Of a DNA stretch of 64,000 nucleotides, positions 11,005 to 22,324 are shown one piece after another. The position numbers were made by a program, and so were the translations under genes. Within the stretch, counting starts at the first letter, position 1. Each line of letters opens with the position of its first letter. The notes beneath the pieces were generated by a model. It ran no database searches. It was not told where the DNA came from and saw only the letters and a program-made list of their open reading frames with translations. This stretch comes from Mantamonas sphyraenae STR306 (Eukaryota; Protista; CRuMs), in NCBI GenBank assembly GCA_026936335.1, contig JAPMXV010000071.1, positions 124,001-188,000 of the forward strand. The letters are read 5' to 3'.

Positions 11005-12708
11005 TCATTGCTGTTGCTGGTCCAACGCTTGCTGGATGCGCAGCAAACACTCGTCACGCTTCAGCGTCTCCATAGTGTGTGTGATGGAAGCGCCCACCTG
11101 TACGCCCGTGGTAGCATAGCGCAAAGCCATGGCCAGCGTCTTGAACTTGAGTTTGTGCGTCTTGCAATGGACCCTCAAAATGTCGGCCAACGCCTCGTGG
11201 GTGAATCCATCGTCGGAAAGGCCAGCCATCTCTGACGCCACTTGTTGTACGTGTGACGCAATGTCGGGTCCCCAGTGTTTGTTGCGCATGTCCTGTGCCG
11301 TCTGCGACGACCAATTGACACCAGCGAAAAAGTGCCATGCGAGTTCGCTGTCAAAGTCGCCCGTGCGCACCACGCGTTCCTTGATGGTGCTGGCCACAGA
11401 GAGACAGTAGGCCAAATCTTGCAGTTTGTCGTGAGCAGGAGCGCTGGCGGCCAGTGTGGATGATTGCTGCCAAAGGGGGACAACCTGTGTGCGCACGTAT
11501 GTGTCGTCTGCACCATCCACTTGCCGACGCACATGCTGCTGATTCAGCCATTGCAGCTTTTCCATGTCGATGCCCGCCGGAGCGCGGTGCACACGGTCGA
11601 GGGAAAAGGCATCCACGAGCTCGTCGAGGTCAAACACCTCTTTGTCGTCGCCAGCATTCCAACCGAGCAAGGCAACGTAGTTGACCACCGCTGAGGGAAG
11701 CAGGTCCTGTTGCCGATAATAATCCACGGAGGCGGCCTCGTGGCGCTTGCTGAGCTTCTGACGATCTTTGTTGACAAGGACGGGGAGGTGGGCAAACTCG
11801 GGCGGCTCCCAGCCCAACAGCTCGTACAGGATGAGATGCTTCGGTGTGGACGACATCCACTCTGAGCCACGGATGACGTGAGTGATGCCCATGAGATGGT
11901 CGTCGACGACGTTGGCCAGATGGTACGTGGGATGGTTGTCGCTCTTGAGCAACACCTGATCGTCCAGGGTGTCGTTGTCAAAGCGCACTCGACCATACAC
12001 ACGATCGTGGACCACTGTACTTCCGTCTTTCACGTGCAACCTCACTGTGTAGGGAATCCCCTGTGCCAGGTTGTCGCTGATTTCCGCGGGTTTCAGATGC
12101 AGACACGCACGGTCGTACATGGACACGCCTGTCATGCGCTTGCTGTGTGCACGCACCCTGTCCAGACGCTCCTGTGTGCAGAAGCAGCGGTATGCGTGGC
12201 CCTCGTCGAGAAGGCGCTGGGCCTGCGCACGGTACAGATCGGTGCGTTGCGATTGGACGTACGGACCCACGTCCACACCTGTGTGGGCATTGCGCACGCC
12301 GGGACCCTCGTCCACGTGCATGCCAGCCCATTCCAGTGCCTCCACAAGATTCTCCAGCGACCCTGGCACCAGTCTGCTCTGGTCCGTGTCCTCGATGCGA
12401 AGCAGAAAGTCGCCGCCGTGCTGCTTGGCAAACAGGTAATTGTACAGGGCCGTGCGCAGTCCGCCAAGATGCATGAATCCTGTAGGGCTCGGAGCAAAGC
12501 GTACACGCACACGTGGACTCTCATCGTCTGTGTGGGGGCTGTGGGAGGTGTGGAGGCCATGAAACGGCCCCTCTGGAGCGATGCAAGAGCGGGTGATGAC
12601 GCTCATTGCAGAGTTGGGAAGACATTCATGCACCAATGCTTCGTTGCCCCTTGGTACAGATTTCCACGCGTGCTGGGAGGGTCGCACGCGTGTGCACCTG
12701 GAAAACAT
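11005..12708 (-). CDS. EARS2: Glutamate--tRNA ligase, mitochondrial/bacterial type
   Basis: RVRFAPSPTGFMHLGG (HIGH motif), LRIEDTD, PTYHLANVVDDH, KLSKR (KMSKS motif); N-terminal Arg/Ser-rich presequence-like extension; intronless. Confidence 0.96.
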   Translation of the reverse strand: MFSRCTRVRPSQHAWKSVPRGNEALVHECLPNSAMSVITRSCIAPEGPFHGLHTSHSPHTDDESPRVRVRFAPSPTGFMHLGGLRTALYNYLFAKQHGGDFLLRIEDTDQSRLVPGSLENLVEALEWAGMHVDEGPGVRNAHTGVDVGPYVQSQRTDLYRAQAQRLLDEGHAYRCFCTQERLDRVRAHSKRMTGVSMYDRACLHLKPAEISDNLAQGIPYTVRLHVKDGSTVVHDRVYGRVRFDNDTLDDQVLLKSDNHPTYHLANVVDDHLMGITHVIRGSEWMSSTPKHLILYELLGWEPPEFAHLPVLVNKDRQKLSKRHEAASVDYYRQQDLLPSAVVNYVALLGWNAGDDKEVFDLDELVDAFSLDRVHRAPAGIDMEKLQWLNQQHVRRQVDGADDTYVRTQVVPLWQQSSTLAASAPAHDKLQDLAYCLSVASTIKERVVRTGDFDSELAWHFFAGVNWSSQTAQDMRNKHWGPDIASHVQQVASEMAGLSDDGFTHEALADILRVHCKTHKLKFKTLAMALRYATTGVQVGASITHTMETLKRDECLLRIQQALDQQQQ

Positions 12709-12852
12709 CTCGACGTTCAGCGTGGGTGCGCAAGCGCACGGGGTGAGCGCATGGGCTCGAGGTGTGTAAATGCGTCAGGGTATGAAGTGTAGAAGGAGAT
12801 TGGAGGCTGTATGTACGGCGAAAGTGTGCATTGGAATGCCTGTGGTGGAAAT

Positions 12853-13371
12853 CTAGAAAATCTCGTCGTGTTCGTCACGCACATGGCGTTTTAGCTTGCC
12901 TACTGTGCCTTGGAATGTGCAGCCAGTTTGGGATCCTTCAGAGTCAGAGTCTCGCACTTCCCAACTTCTGGAAGAGGTGTCCCACCGCACGCCAAACGGG
13001 CAGCAGACTGGGAGGGAGTTCATGAGCGCCTCCAGAGCCCGGTTGGGAATGAGCTCGCGTAGAGTGTACACTGGTTTGATACAAATGGCGCACTTGTGCT
13101 TCTCCTTTGTCCAGCTGACGAGGCAAGCCTTGCAGAAGGTGTGTCCGCAACGGGTCATGGTCGGTTCGGTGAAGAGCAGGCCGCAGATGCGGCATCCGAG
13201 GGCATCTGCGTCCACAGATACACTCAACAGAACCAAATCGAGTACTTCCGGCGCAAGACCATATGCGTTGACCGGCATTCCATCGGGGGATGAAGAATCG
13301 GAGGACGACGACGATGAAGCTGCTCCGTCGCCTTCATCGTCAACCTCCTTGGCTTTCTCGTTGCTCGACAT
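12853..13371 (-). CDS. C3HC4 RING finger protein with a TRAF-type zinc finger
   Basis: CRIC...CGHTFCKAC...CAIC RING, followed by VCCPFG...GCTFQGTVGKLKRH. Confidence 0.85.
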   Translation of the reverse strand: MSSNEKAKEVDDEGDGAASSSSSSDSSSPDGMPVNAYGLAPEVLDLVLLSVSVDADALGCRICGLLFTEPTMTRCGHTFCKACLVSWTKEKHKCAICIKPVYTLRELIPNRALEALMNSLPVCCPFGVRWDTSSRSWEVRDSDSEGSQTGCTFQGTVGKLKRHVRDEHDEIF

Positions 13372-13503
13372 GCAAGGGTTCGGTTGCGTGGGACAGTCCC
13401 CGGGTGCAAATGGAGGGTGAGGGGCGGCAACAGAACACGCTATGGGACGAGTTGGATGAACGGGGGCCAGAGAAACGCCTCCTTGTTTGTTTGGGGTGTC
13501 ACA

Positions 13504-16427
13504 TTACCATGAAGATGAAGATGATGACGATGATGACGATGATGACGATGATGACGAAGAGGATGATGACGAAGAGGATGATGACGAAGAGGCAGCCGCC
13601 TTCTTCGGAGCTGGGATGCTCCCGTGCGCTTTGGCGACTGCCGAGACGAAGCTGCGCAGGAAGCGATGGAGTCCCGTGAAGCCACTGTCAGCAAGGGCCT
13701 GGAGGAATTGGAGACGAGCCTGGCCCTTGAGGAGGGTGGGATCGAGGTCGAGGTTGCGTGCGGCAAGGTAGCTTCGCGCAAGGGTGCAAAAGGCGTTGCT
13801 TGCAGAGAGAGAGATGCAGAGGGAGGCTGTGTGTGATGTGTGTTGGTCACGCACAAGGAGGGTGGTGATGCGTGCATGCGGCACCCCGAGGGTGTTGCGC
13901 AGCCTCTCGCCGTCGTTCTCAAACGCACGGCCAAACCACAGGCCATGGATCATCTGTGTGGCAAAGGCATTGAACTCGTCCAGGGTTTCGCGTCCGTTGG
14001 GAAAGGGCTGTGCGTCTGGATGCAGCTCAAGCGGCGCCATGGCCTTGACCGCAGCGTACTCTTGCTTGAGATTGGCCAGCACGCCGCACAAGCGACTGAC
14101 GACGACGGCGTGTGGACTGAGCAGCAGCTGGAGCAGCAGTGCATCGGAGGGTTTGTACAGGAAGCCCAGGTCGTGGGCAGAGTGAAGCGTCGACGCCGTC
14201 TCGAGGATGGAAAGCACTCCATGGGCGACGAGAACATGTCCGCGGTGCAGCTGCAGCATGACGAGACACTGGCGATCCACATGCACCAACACACGGTACA
14301 GTGAATGTCGCCACACGTCCCTGTCTGCATGCTGGCGCAGCATCTCGGCCTGTGCGGGGCTGGGCAGCACGAAACGATCGTCGGCAGCGACAAAGGGCAG
14401 ATACGTGGACGCCCAGGTGCGGATCATGCGACGCAGGGTCAGCAACAGGCTGCACTTGCCCTGCACATCCATGCCCAGAGAGACCCTGTGCAGAGGATCC
14501 AGCAACTCGCGCTTCAACTGCTCAAACGGCCGCGGGCGCAGGTATGACAACAGGTGCAGGATGGGGCGGCGAAAGTCCAAGCCTTGCCACGTGCGCAGGT
14601 ACCGCAGCAGGAAAGTGTCCACCACAGGGATGCTCTCCTGCATAAAGTCTGTGAAGCGCACGAGTTGGCGAAAGAGGGCAGCTTCCATGCTGCGACGGGC
14701 CGCACGCACTCCACGGTTGGTGGGTGTGTCGCTCCAGAAGAACTGTTCGTTGAGAAGGGTGTGCAGGTATGCGGAAAATCGGTGGATGTTGCTCGTGCTG
14801 GGGTGCAGCGAGAGAAAGTGTTGGAGGATTTCCGAACGAAGCACGGAAATCATGTGATTGGGCAAGCGCACACGGTGGATCACCTGTCCCAACTCGCGCA
14901 CGGATACAATGCTGTTGATGTGCACCTGTTCCACGTCACGAGGCGCATCTACGCCGGGCAACTGCGCCAGATTCTTGCTGCTGGTGGCTAGAATCTGTAG
15001 CGGCCCCGCCGATGACAAAGGCGCACGCTGTGGTTCCGTGGACGGCACCAGCGCGTCGCGTGCCACACGCTGACGCTTCATGGACGGCAGATGCACCAGC
15101 GAGCGTGCACTAGGGTCGTCGGCACTTGCCACCAAACTGTCTGCATCAGCCTCGGGACTGGGTCCGGCCACATCCAGGATACGCTGGAACCACACCTTGT
15201 CCGGGTTGCGAAAGACATGTGTGGTGCGGATGGCCACCGAGTGATTGATCACAAGGTCTGTCCGGAAGCTCTGGAAACAACGCAGCAGTTCTCCCAGCCA
15301 GGGTTCGCTGTGGCCAAACTGTTGGTACAGATCGATGCTATGAAGAAGTGTGTAGTGGGTTCAGCAGCATGTGAGGGTCAGTGAGGATGGGAAAAGGAAG
15401 GGAAAACGGGGCGGGGCGGGACCGGATCTGGAGTCACGTACAGCTTTTCGCAACGATAGGTTTTGATGTCCACTCGGCGTGCGAGACGGTAGAGGATGTT
15501 GCACAGGAGCGGACGCAGGTTCTTGTAGTCCATGTAGTGGAAGAATACGCCAAAGAGGGGCTGGATGCTGGTGAAGGAGTCGAGGCGATCGAGGAGCAGC
15601 ACGACAAACGTCAACACCAACTGACGCGTGCCATCACGGTACGTGGTAAAGCCACCCATCATGTCGATGATTGTGCTGTGATGCACCACGTCCTGAGGCA
15701 CCAGGCAGCGGAACAACTGTGCAAAGTGCAATGGCGGGCAGTGGTGGCGGTGTCAGCGACGGATATTGTGGGGGGGGATTTTCTTTTTGGCGCCAAACGC
15801 ACACGTCGGGTCTGCGGGACGGCTGTGCACGTGTAGGGTGATCATGGTGGTCGAGCAAGTGTTAGGATGGAGGGTGTGTGTGTGTGCGGGAGTGTGTGGT
15901 GGTGCGCAGGAACGAGGGCATGGAGCGTACTGAGGGCGTCGGCGACGGCAATCTCTGCGAGTTGGTTGATCTCGCCCGGGGTGAAGCCATGGGAGGCGGT
16001 GAAATGTTCAAGATCGACAAGGAGCATGTCGCATGCTTCAGAGAGGTCTTCATAGGCCGCCTTGGCGAGGAGCCTGTCTCTGCGTGTGTCTTCCTCGGAA
16101 AGGGCGCGGTAGCGGTTGGCAGCGTCGACGTAGCGGTGGAGGACGACGACGAGGACGTCCATGTCCAAGTGGACGGCCTGGGCACTCTTGAGGAAGGCCA
16201 GAATGCCCGATGCCTCCATGGATGCCAACCGTTCTGCATGGGAGACGACACGACGCACGGGAGAAAGTTTGGAGGCCGAGCCCGTGAGCTCTTCCACGTC
16301 CTGTGGGCAGATTCGCAGGGTACGAAGGAGCACATGATGGGATGTGCGAGGTGTGAGGGAACGGGTGGCAAGAGAGAGTGGCGAAACGGGGAGAGGGGGG
16401 GGGGAGGACCAAGGGCCAACATACCAT
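13504..16427 (-). CDS. CENPI: Centromere protein I (Mis6/Ctf3 family), about 5 exons
   Basis: Spliced model: ATG-only exon 1 (16427-16425), exon 16300-15931, a ~20-nt micro-exon, then two larger exons. The segments LFGVFFHYMDYKNLRPLLCNILYRLARRVDIKTYRCEKL and FTDFMQESIPVVDTFLLRYLRTWQG..RRPILHLLSYL match recalled CENP-I/Mis6 blocks. Confidence 0.82.
13511..13590. repeat. GAT/GAC/GAA trinucleotide tract encoding the CENP-I C-terminal poly-Ser on the minus strand
   Basis: Direct inspection; similar poly-Ser tracts occur in many genes of the window. Confidence 0.85.
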
Positions 16428-16582
16428 CTTTCGCTTTTTCTTGGTGCATCTCGCGCGCACGTGAACTGTCCGAGTTGCAGATGTGCAATTACCCCCAACT
16501 CCATGTGCAGTGCCTTGTTTCAATGGCACTGTTTGCTCGTCGATGAGGGGGCGAGCGCGCAAACACACAATCCAACACAACG

Positions 16583-17981
16583 ATGTCCAGCGGCGGCGAC
16601 GATTCGTCGGAGTTTGGCCCGCGGGAGCGAGCGAGGAGGCATGTGTTTTCGTTGCGTGGGAACAAGTGGGAGAAGACGCTTGTGTATGTGAGCATCAGCA
16701 AGTCGCCGTTTGCCGAGGGGGCGATGCGCTACGCCTACTTGTGCCGTGTATACGCAGACAAGGACACAGACGAGCACGAGGTGTGTGTCATCAAGTTTAG
16801 CAAAGAGTCTGGAATCGACAAGAGCATCTACTTTACGGATGTGCGCTCGCAGGTAAGCAGGAATCGCCGCGGGTTTGCACGCACGAGGCCTCCGTTTGTT
16901 CCGACACGACGCTGACACTCGATGGTTGGTTGGTGTGTGACGTGATTGTACCCTTGGCATGTGGGTTTGTGGGTGGGTGTGGGTGGACGCACACGCGCAG
17001 TCACTGGCCAAATTGTTTGCCATGGAGTACAACAAGCGGGAACCGCCCAAGAAGGTGGATTTCCTGGACGCCAGCGTGGTGGAGCTGGTGGACAGACACG
17101 GACGTCCATTGGGCCACTGTGAACCGTACGTTGAGGGTGAGTACAGCAAGTACAACACCAACCTGGGCAAGACGCAGGAGAACGACAAACGGTGCACTCC
17201 GCAAGCGTTCTCCCACTTTACGTTTGAGCACAGTGGACAGCAGCTGCTGGTGTGCGACATCCAGGGAGTAGACGACATGTACACGGATCCACAGATTCTG
17301 TCGCAAGCCGGAGGGGTGTACGGACTGGGAGACGTGGGCGCCACGGGGATGCGCGCGTTCATGGCACGGCACCAGTGCAACAGCATCTGCGGCTATCTCG
17401 GCCTGCCCTACTGTGGAGACACGCGCAAAGAACGTGCAATGACAGGCACGCCGCACAGTCCCCTTGCAGGGTCGTCCTCCAACGACGTTGGCGACGCAAA
17501 CAACGACGATGGCGGCGGGCGATTCGAAGAGGCTCTGGATCAGCAGCAGCAGCAGCAGCAACAACAGGCGGAGGATACGCAGCACGCCAGCTGGCACTTG
17601 ATGGACGATAGCGAGGGAAACATGGGCACCCCTGCACTCCTTGCGTCAAGAGGGCCATCCACAGGGTCACACACATCTGCACAGGACGACGAACTGCAGG
17701 GACTGCTGTCCTCCCTCAACGAGCTTTCCGCCCTCGATTACGATTATTCACACACGACGAGTGGCGACACGGGAGACGCAGACGCAGATGCAGACGCAGG
17801 TGCAGACGATGATGTGGTGGCGGACAACCACCAGGCAGGACAACAGAAGCAGCCGCAGGGAGACGATGGAAGGGCGGGCGTCGTCACCTTGTCACGCGAC
17901 CGATGGGACACAGGCGATTCATTTGCCACCTCCAAAAACGACGAGGATCTCATGGATTCGATTCTGGATGAGTTGTCGTGA
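16583..17981 (+). CDS. Alpha-kinase (eEF2K/MHCK family), intron 16853-17000
   Basis: PFAEGAMRYAY, PQAFSHFTF, VCDIQGV, YTDPQI, GLGDVG, HQCNSIC; a GTAAGC...GCAG intron joins the two ORFs in frame. Confidence 0.93.
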
Positions 17982-18658
17982 GTACGGCGTGGAAGTAAAG
18001 CACGTGGGTATGCACTGTGCCAGCGTCAAGTTGTTGCCTGCCTTGTTCCCCGTCCGACGGTGTCACGTGCATCGCTGTGTTGCGCAATCGGTGCCATTTG
18101 CCCACCAATGTGTGTGTGTTTGTGTGCATACGTGGGCTGTTGCTGTGGAGGGCCTGTATCCCGCGTGGGAGCGTGCAGATGTCAGCAAAACACCCAAGGG
18201 CCACGGGCTCACACGCACCCGTCACACACAACACGCACCTCAATTCGAAGCGGCGTGTTTTGGTCCAACAAGGACTTGAGTGGCGCTGCGACCTGTACAA
18301 GGATGTCGTGCGCTCTCTCTCGAGCAAACGTGGGGCTGTCGTCCGCCTCTGCGTCTCCAAACACTTCCTCCTCTTCCTTCTTCCTCCATTCCAGAACCAC
18401 AGCCTCTCGCTCCATTTGTTCCAGCCGCGACTCTGCCACGGCGTCGGGTTCGACGCTCCCAAGCGCATACTTGACGGCTGCCCTGTCCAGCTGGTCCTGC
18501 ACCCGCTGCCGCTTTGCCTCTTGCACCTCCTCCTCCTCCTCCTCCTTATCCTCCTCATTATCCTCATTATCCTCACTTGCCCCATCCTCCTCCACCTCTT
18601 CTACTTCATCCTCACTCCGCACTTTGCGCTTCCTCGTGGACCTCGATGCACGTGTCAT
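17919..18658 (-). CDS. Uncharacterised acidic, probably nuclear protein; 3' exons uncertain
   Basis: ATG 18658, RKRK NLS-like motif, E/D-rich tract; GTGCGT donor after ...PLRIE; predicted small exons give ...SRQLIQNRIHEILVVFGGGK* ending at 17919. Confidence 0.5.
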
Positions 18659-18733
18659 GGCGACAAAACGCAGCTCTATTTCCCTGGGCCCCTTTGCGGC
18701 ACTCCACTCCCCCGCTCTGCCTCATATACTCCG

Positions 18734-19938
18734 TCAGAATGTGATGGTCAGGTCGTCTTCTTCATCATCGACGACAGGTGTGGACGACGACGCATCTGTG
18801 GCACTGCTGTCAACGGCGGCATCTCCCTCGCCCGCAGCCAGAGGTGGGTCTGTGCTTGTGCCCGTGCTGGTGGTGCTCTTTTCCGGCGGTGTCATGCCAG
18901 CTTCGATCATCGAGGCGCGCACGGCGGCTTCGTAGTCGTCGTTGAGCAGGTCTGTTTCCCAGGCTGCCATCGACTCGTCGTAGTCACCCGTGTAGTCGCT
19001 TTCTTCGTCGTGCAACGAGTTGAACTGGAAGAACATGCGCAGATCATTCACAAACTGTCGGATGTCGTCGGTGCCTGCCCCTGCTGCCCATGTGCGTTTG
19101 CGCATGCCCGTTTGGGGTGGATCACTGCCAGATGCGGCAGATCTGCCTCTGCCAACCTGCTCCAGTCCATGTACGTCTGGCCGCTGGCACTGTCGTGTGC
19201 CACCTCCCACAACACGCAGTTGTTGGACACCACCTCCACCACCTCCTCGTCCACAAACAGCTCCGTGTTCAACCGCAGACTGCTTTCCCGCTCCATATCC
19301 AGCACAGCGACCAGGATGAACTTGAAGTCCTGCATGGCTGCCTGCGACACATCAATTAGTGTCCCTGTCATGTTAAACTCGGGCACAGTTGCCAATGCTG
19401 GTGTCCGGGGAGCCGCACGCGTCAGCGAAAGCCCTCTTCCTCTCGCCCCCATTTACCTCGGCCCTGCTGCCGATCCACGGTCATTCGGCCACCGCTGCTT
19501 CGGCACACAGTCTGCTTGCGTGTGCACTCGCATCTTACGTACCTTTGTCTGAGGCCTTGCTCTCCTGCGTTGCAAACTGGTCAAAGTTTTGCGAGAAGTG
19601 ATTGAGAGCAGAGCTGTGCAAACGCGCTTTGCTTGTCAGCACCGCAGGGACGCATGCAAACACGTCCAACCCCCGTCCCATCCTTTGTGGCATCCCCATT
19701 TGTATGCAAGGACATGGATGCAGATAGACCAACACCGCAGCACTCACCCCATGGGCTTGGTTCCTGTTTCTGTGGAAATGAGAGGTTTGAAGCCAGGCAG
19801 AAGATCCGGATTGTTGAAAAACTGCTCCAGGACAGTGACCAGCTGGTATCCATTGGCCTCCATCACTCGGGTGGCCGTTACCTTGTCCACGCCTGCAATG
19901 TCCATAAACTCCTGGATGGCCAGCTCCTTCTCAGCCAT
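18734..19938 (-). CDS. UBXN7/Ubx5-like protein (UBA-like + UAS thioredoxin fold + UIM), no UBX domain seen; 2 introns, frameshift near 19113
   Basis: N-terminal IQEFMDIAGVDKVTATRVMEANGYQLVTVLEQFF (UBA-like); UAS block ending LPHLAVIHP[K]TG; UIM-like DDYEAAVRASMIE. Confidence 0.75.
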
Positions 19939-20001
19939 GATGGAGACGAGGGAGGGTTTGCGGTGGCTCCAGCAACGCAACACCAGCTTCCCAAAACCAA
20001 C

Positions 20002-21209
20002 ATGCGATCGCTGTCGGTGTGTGTGCTGGGCTCCCACAATGGCTCCGGTACCACAGACACGTACAACAACCACATCAAGGCCATGCTGGAAGGATGGGCA
20101 CAGCAACTGGGAGACGAACTTGTCGTCGAGACCATCAATGTCAGCAACAACGGCGGGCGCAACCCCACCGTGGATGAGCTGAAGCAGTACGAAGTGTTGC
20201 TTGGTACGTGGAAGAGTGCCCTCAGAGGTGATCCTGGGTGCAAAGTGGAGGAGGGGAAGCTCCCGTACACATTCCTCAGGCACACTCACACTGCCACACA
20301 CACACTCTCTCTCTCGCATGCAGTCTGGACCCACTACAACCAGGCGTGGAGTTCACGCAATGGGTTTGGCGATGTGCTCTTCCAAGCCGCCTCACAGCAT
20401 GGGGTTTCTGTGGGTGAGTTTCTCTTGTGGGGGCGGTGGAAGAGGGAATTGAACGTGTGAACACAGCCTCTCTTTTGCCGTTGTGCTGACGCTATGCGGA
20501 CGTGAACCCGCGCTCCACCACGCTTCCCCCAATAGTGTGCTGCTCGTGCTGCGGTCGACAGAACTACAACTTTCAGGGAGAGTATATGACCAGCGGGGTG
20601 GCAGCGTTTACGACGTCTTCGTCAAACGGGTCCAGCTCGTGCACTTTGGGCACGGTGGACAAGCCAGAGCACATGGTGATGATGGATATCAACTCTGTAG
20701 GACTGGGTAGCCTCAGTGTGTACCAACCGCTGCTGTCGGACGGTGCCACGCGCATCTGCAACGCCAGCGACGGCACCCTGCTCGTCAGCGAGAAGATCCA
20801 CAGCAGCGGCTCTATCAACATGATGGTCAATCTGTTTCCCGTCTCCTCCAACGTCGACTCGTTGGGATACTACGACGACACGGATGCCCCGCGCCTCTTG
20901 TACAACGCAGTCCTCTACGCAGGCACAGGCCCCGATCGCTCCTGTGGCACCACTGTCGGCGGCACCGTCTCCACAAAGATTGCTCGCGTCGACCAGTCCA
21001 ACGAATTGGATGTCGACGACGTCCTCGATTCGGACAACGCAACCTCTTCCTCCTCTTCATCAAGTTCACGCCCAATCCCCATGGCCCCGCCGCCACCCCC
21101 CTTTGGCTCGTCTTCATCATCAGCGCCACAGCAGCGTACCGGGGTCACCTTCAACCTCGACACAGCCGTGGAGATTTCAGACGACTCAGATTCGGGTGAG
21201 TCGTGGTGA
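20002..21209 (+). CDS. Uncharacterised alpha/beta-domain protein, introns 20204-20323 and 20414-20535
   Basis: Spliced ORF MRSLSVCVLG...PTVDELKQYEVLLVWTHY...GFGDVLF...GVSVVC...VNLFPVSS...RLLYNAVLY; canonical splice sites keep the frame. Confidence 0.7.
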
Positions 21210-21389
21210 GTGATTTCCGATTGAAATGCAGCTGCAGCCAAGAACCCTCCCACACACACACACACACACACCACAACAGTCTCGGCGGCTGTACCCCTTG
21301 CGTCCATGTCCTGTGTCTCCTTTTCCGCCTGCGGCTGCCCTGAACGCAGCCCAGCCCAGCACAACCCAAACTGCACGCTGGACACACGC

Positions 21390-22211
21390 ATGCCTGGAAA
21401 GAAAAAGGGAGGCAAGGCCACCAAGAGCAAGGTTCAGGAGAAGAAACAGGTGGAAGAGGAGGTGGAGGAGGAGGAGGAGGAGCCCGAGGTTGCCTCAAAG
21501 ACACAAGCCGAGCAGGAGAGTTCCTTGGCAAACATGAGTGCCTCGGGTGGCCAGGACATGGCTTTGAACAGTAGCAAGCTGGGCGATGTGAGTGCTTGCC
21601 TTTGTAGCCATTTTGTATGCCTTTCATTCATTGCGTGGTCGGTCGCTCACCTTGCGTGCTGCCTGTGCCACGATCAAACACCAAACAGACTGTGGGCAAC
21701 CTCACCGTCAGCAGGAAACAAGCCAGTTCTGCTGAAATGTACGTTGGCAAGTGTCGCCGTGGGGCCGTGGATGCGTCGTAGTGATTGTGTGTGCTCACAG
21801 AGCGTGGGACGACCCTCGCACACTCACGCTTGCACGTTTCGCACGCCTATTTCCATCCACAGCGAACGACAGGAGCGCCTCAACATGGTCAAGGTGGACA
21901 AGAACGACATTGATTTTCTTGTGCGCGAGCTGGAGGTGACCACCGTGGAGGCAGACGCCATGCTGCGCGAAGTAAGTGTCCACAGTGAGCCGTGCATGGC
22001 CCTCGGTCGTGCTACACCGCCACCCACACCGCATGTCACCACACACACAACACCGCACACACACCTATGCCTGCCACAATCACACGTGCTGTCCACTCAC
22101 AAACACGTCTGCCCGCACGTGCCTATGACACGCCGCCCGCACACACGCGTGTGATTTTTGCAGTTCGACGGCAACCTGCACGCTACTGTGGATGACTTTC
22201 TGTCCAAGTAG
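21390..22211 (+). CDS. HYPK: Huntingtin-interacting protein K (HYPK, NatA-associated), 4 exons
   Basis: K/E-rich N-terminus; C-terminal UBA-like block VKVDKNDIDFLVRELEVTTVEADAMLRE|FDGNLHATV; stop TAG 22211. Confidence 0.8.
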
Positions 22212-22324
22212 GCACCTGTGATTGTGTGACTCCACACACGCACGTGCGTCTACCCCCGTGCTCGATTCCATGGCAATGAACCAGTTGTTCCAACCTCCCT
22301 CCAGCGCTTCCACCCCGATTCAGC

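Noticed and set aside
18658-18736. Stop-codon reassignment (TGA readthrough) joining the two ORFs
   Set aside because: TGA, TAG and TAA all end conserved proteins at the expected positions elsewhere (PCCA, HYPK, SCPx); no conserved domain contains an in-frame stop, and Trp is encoded by TGG.
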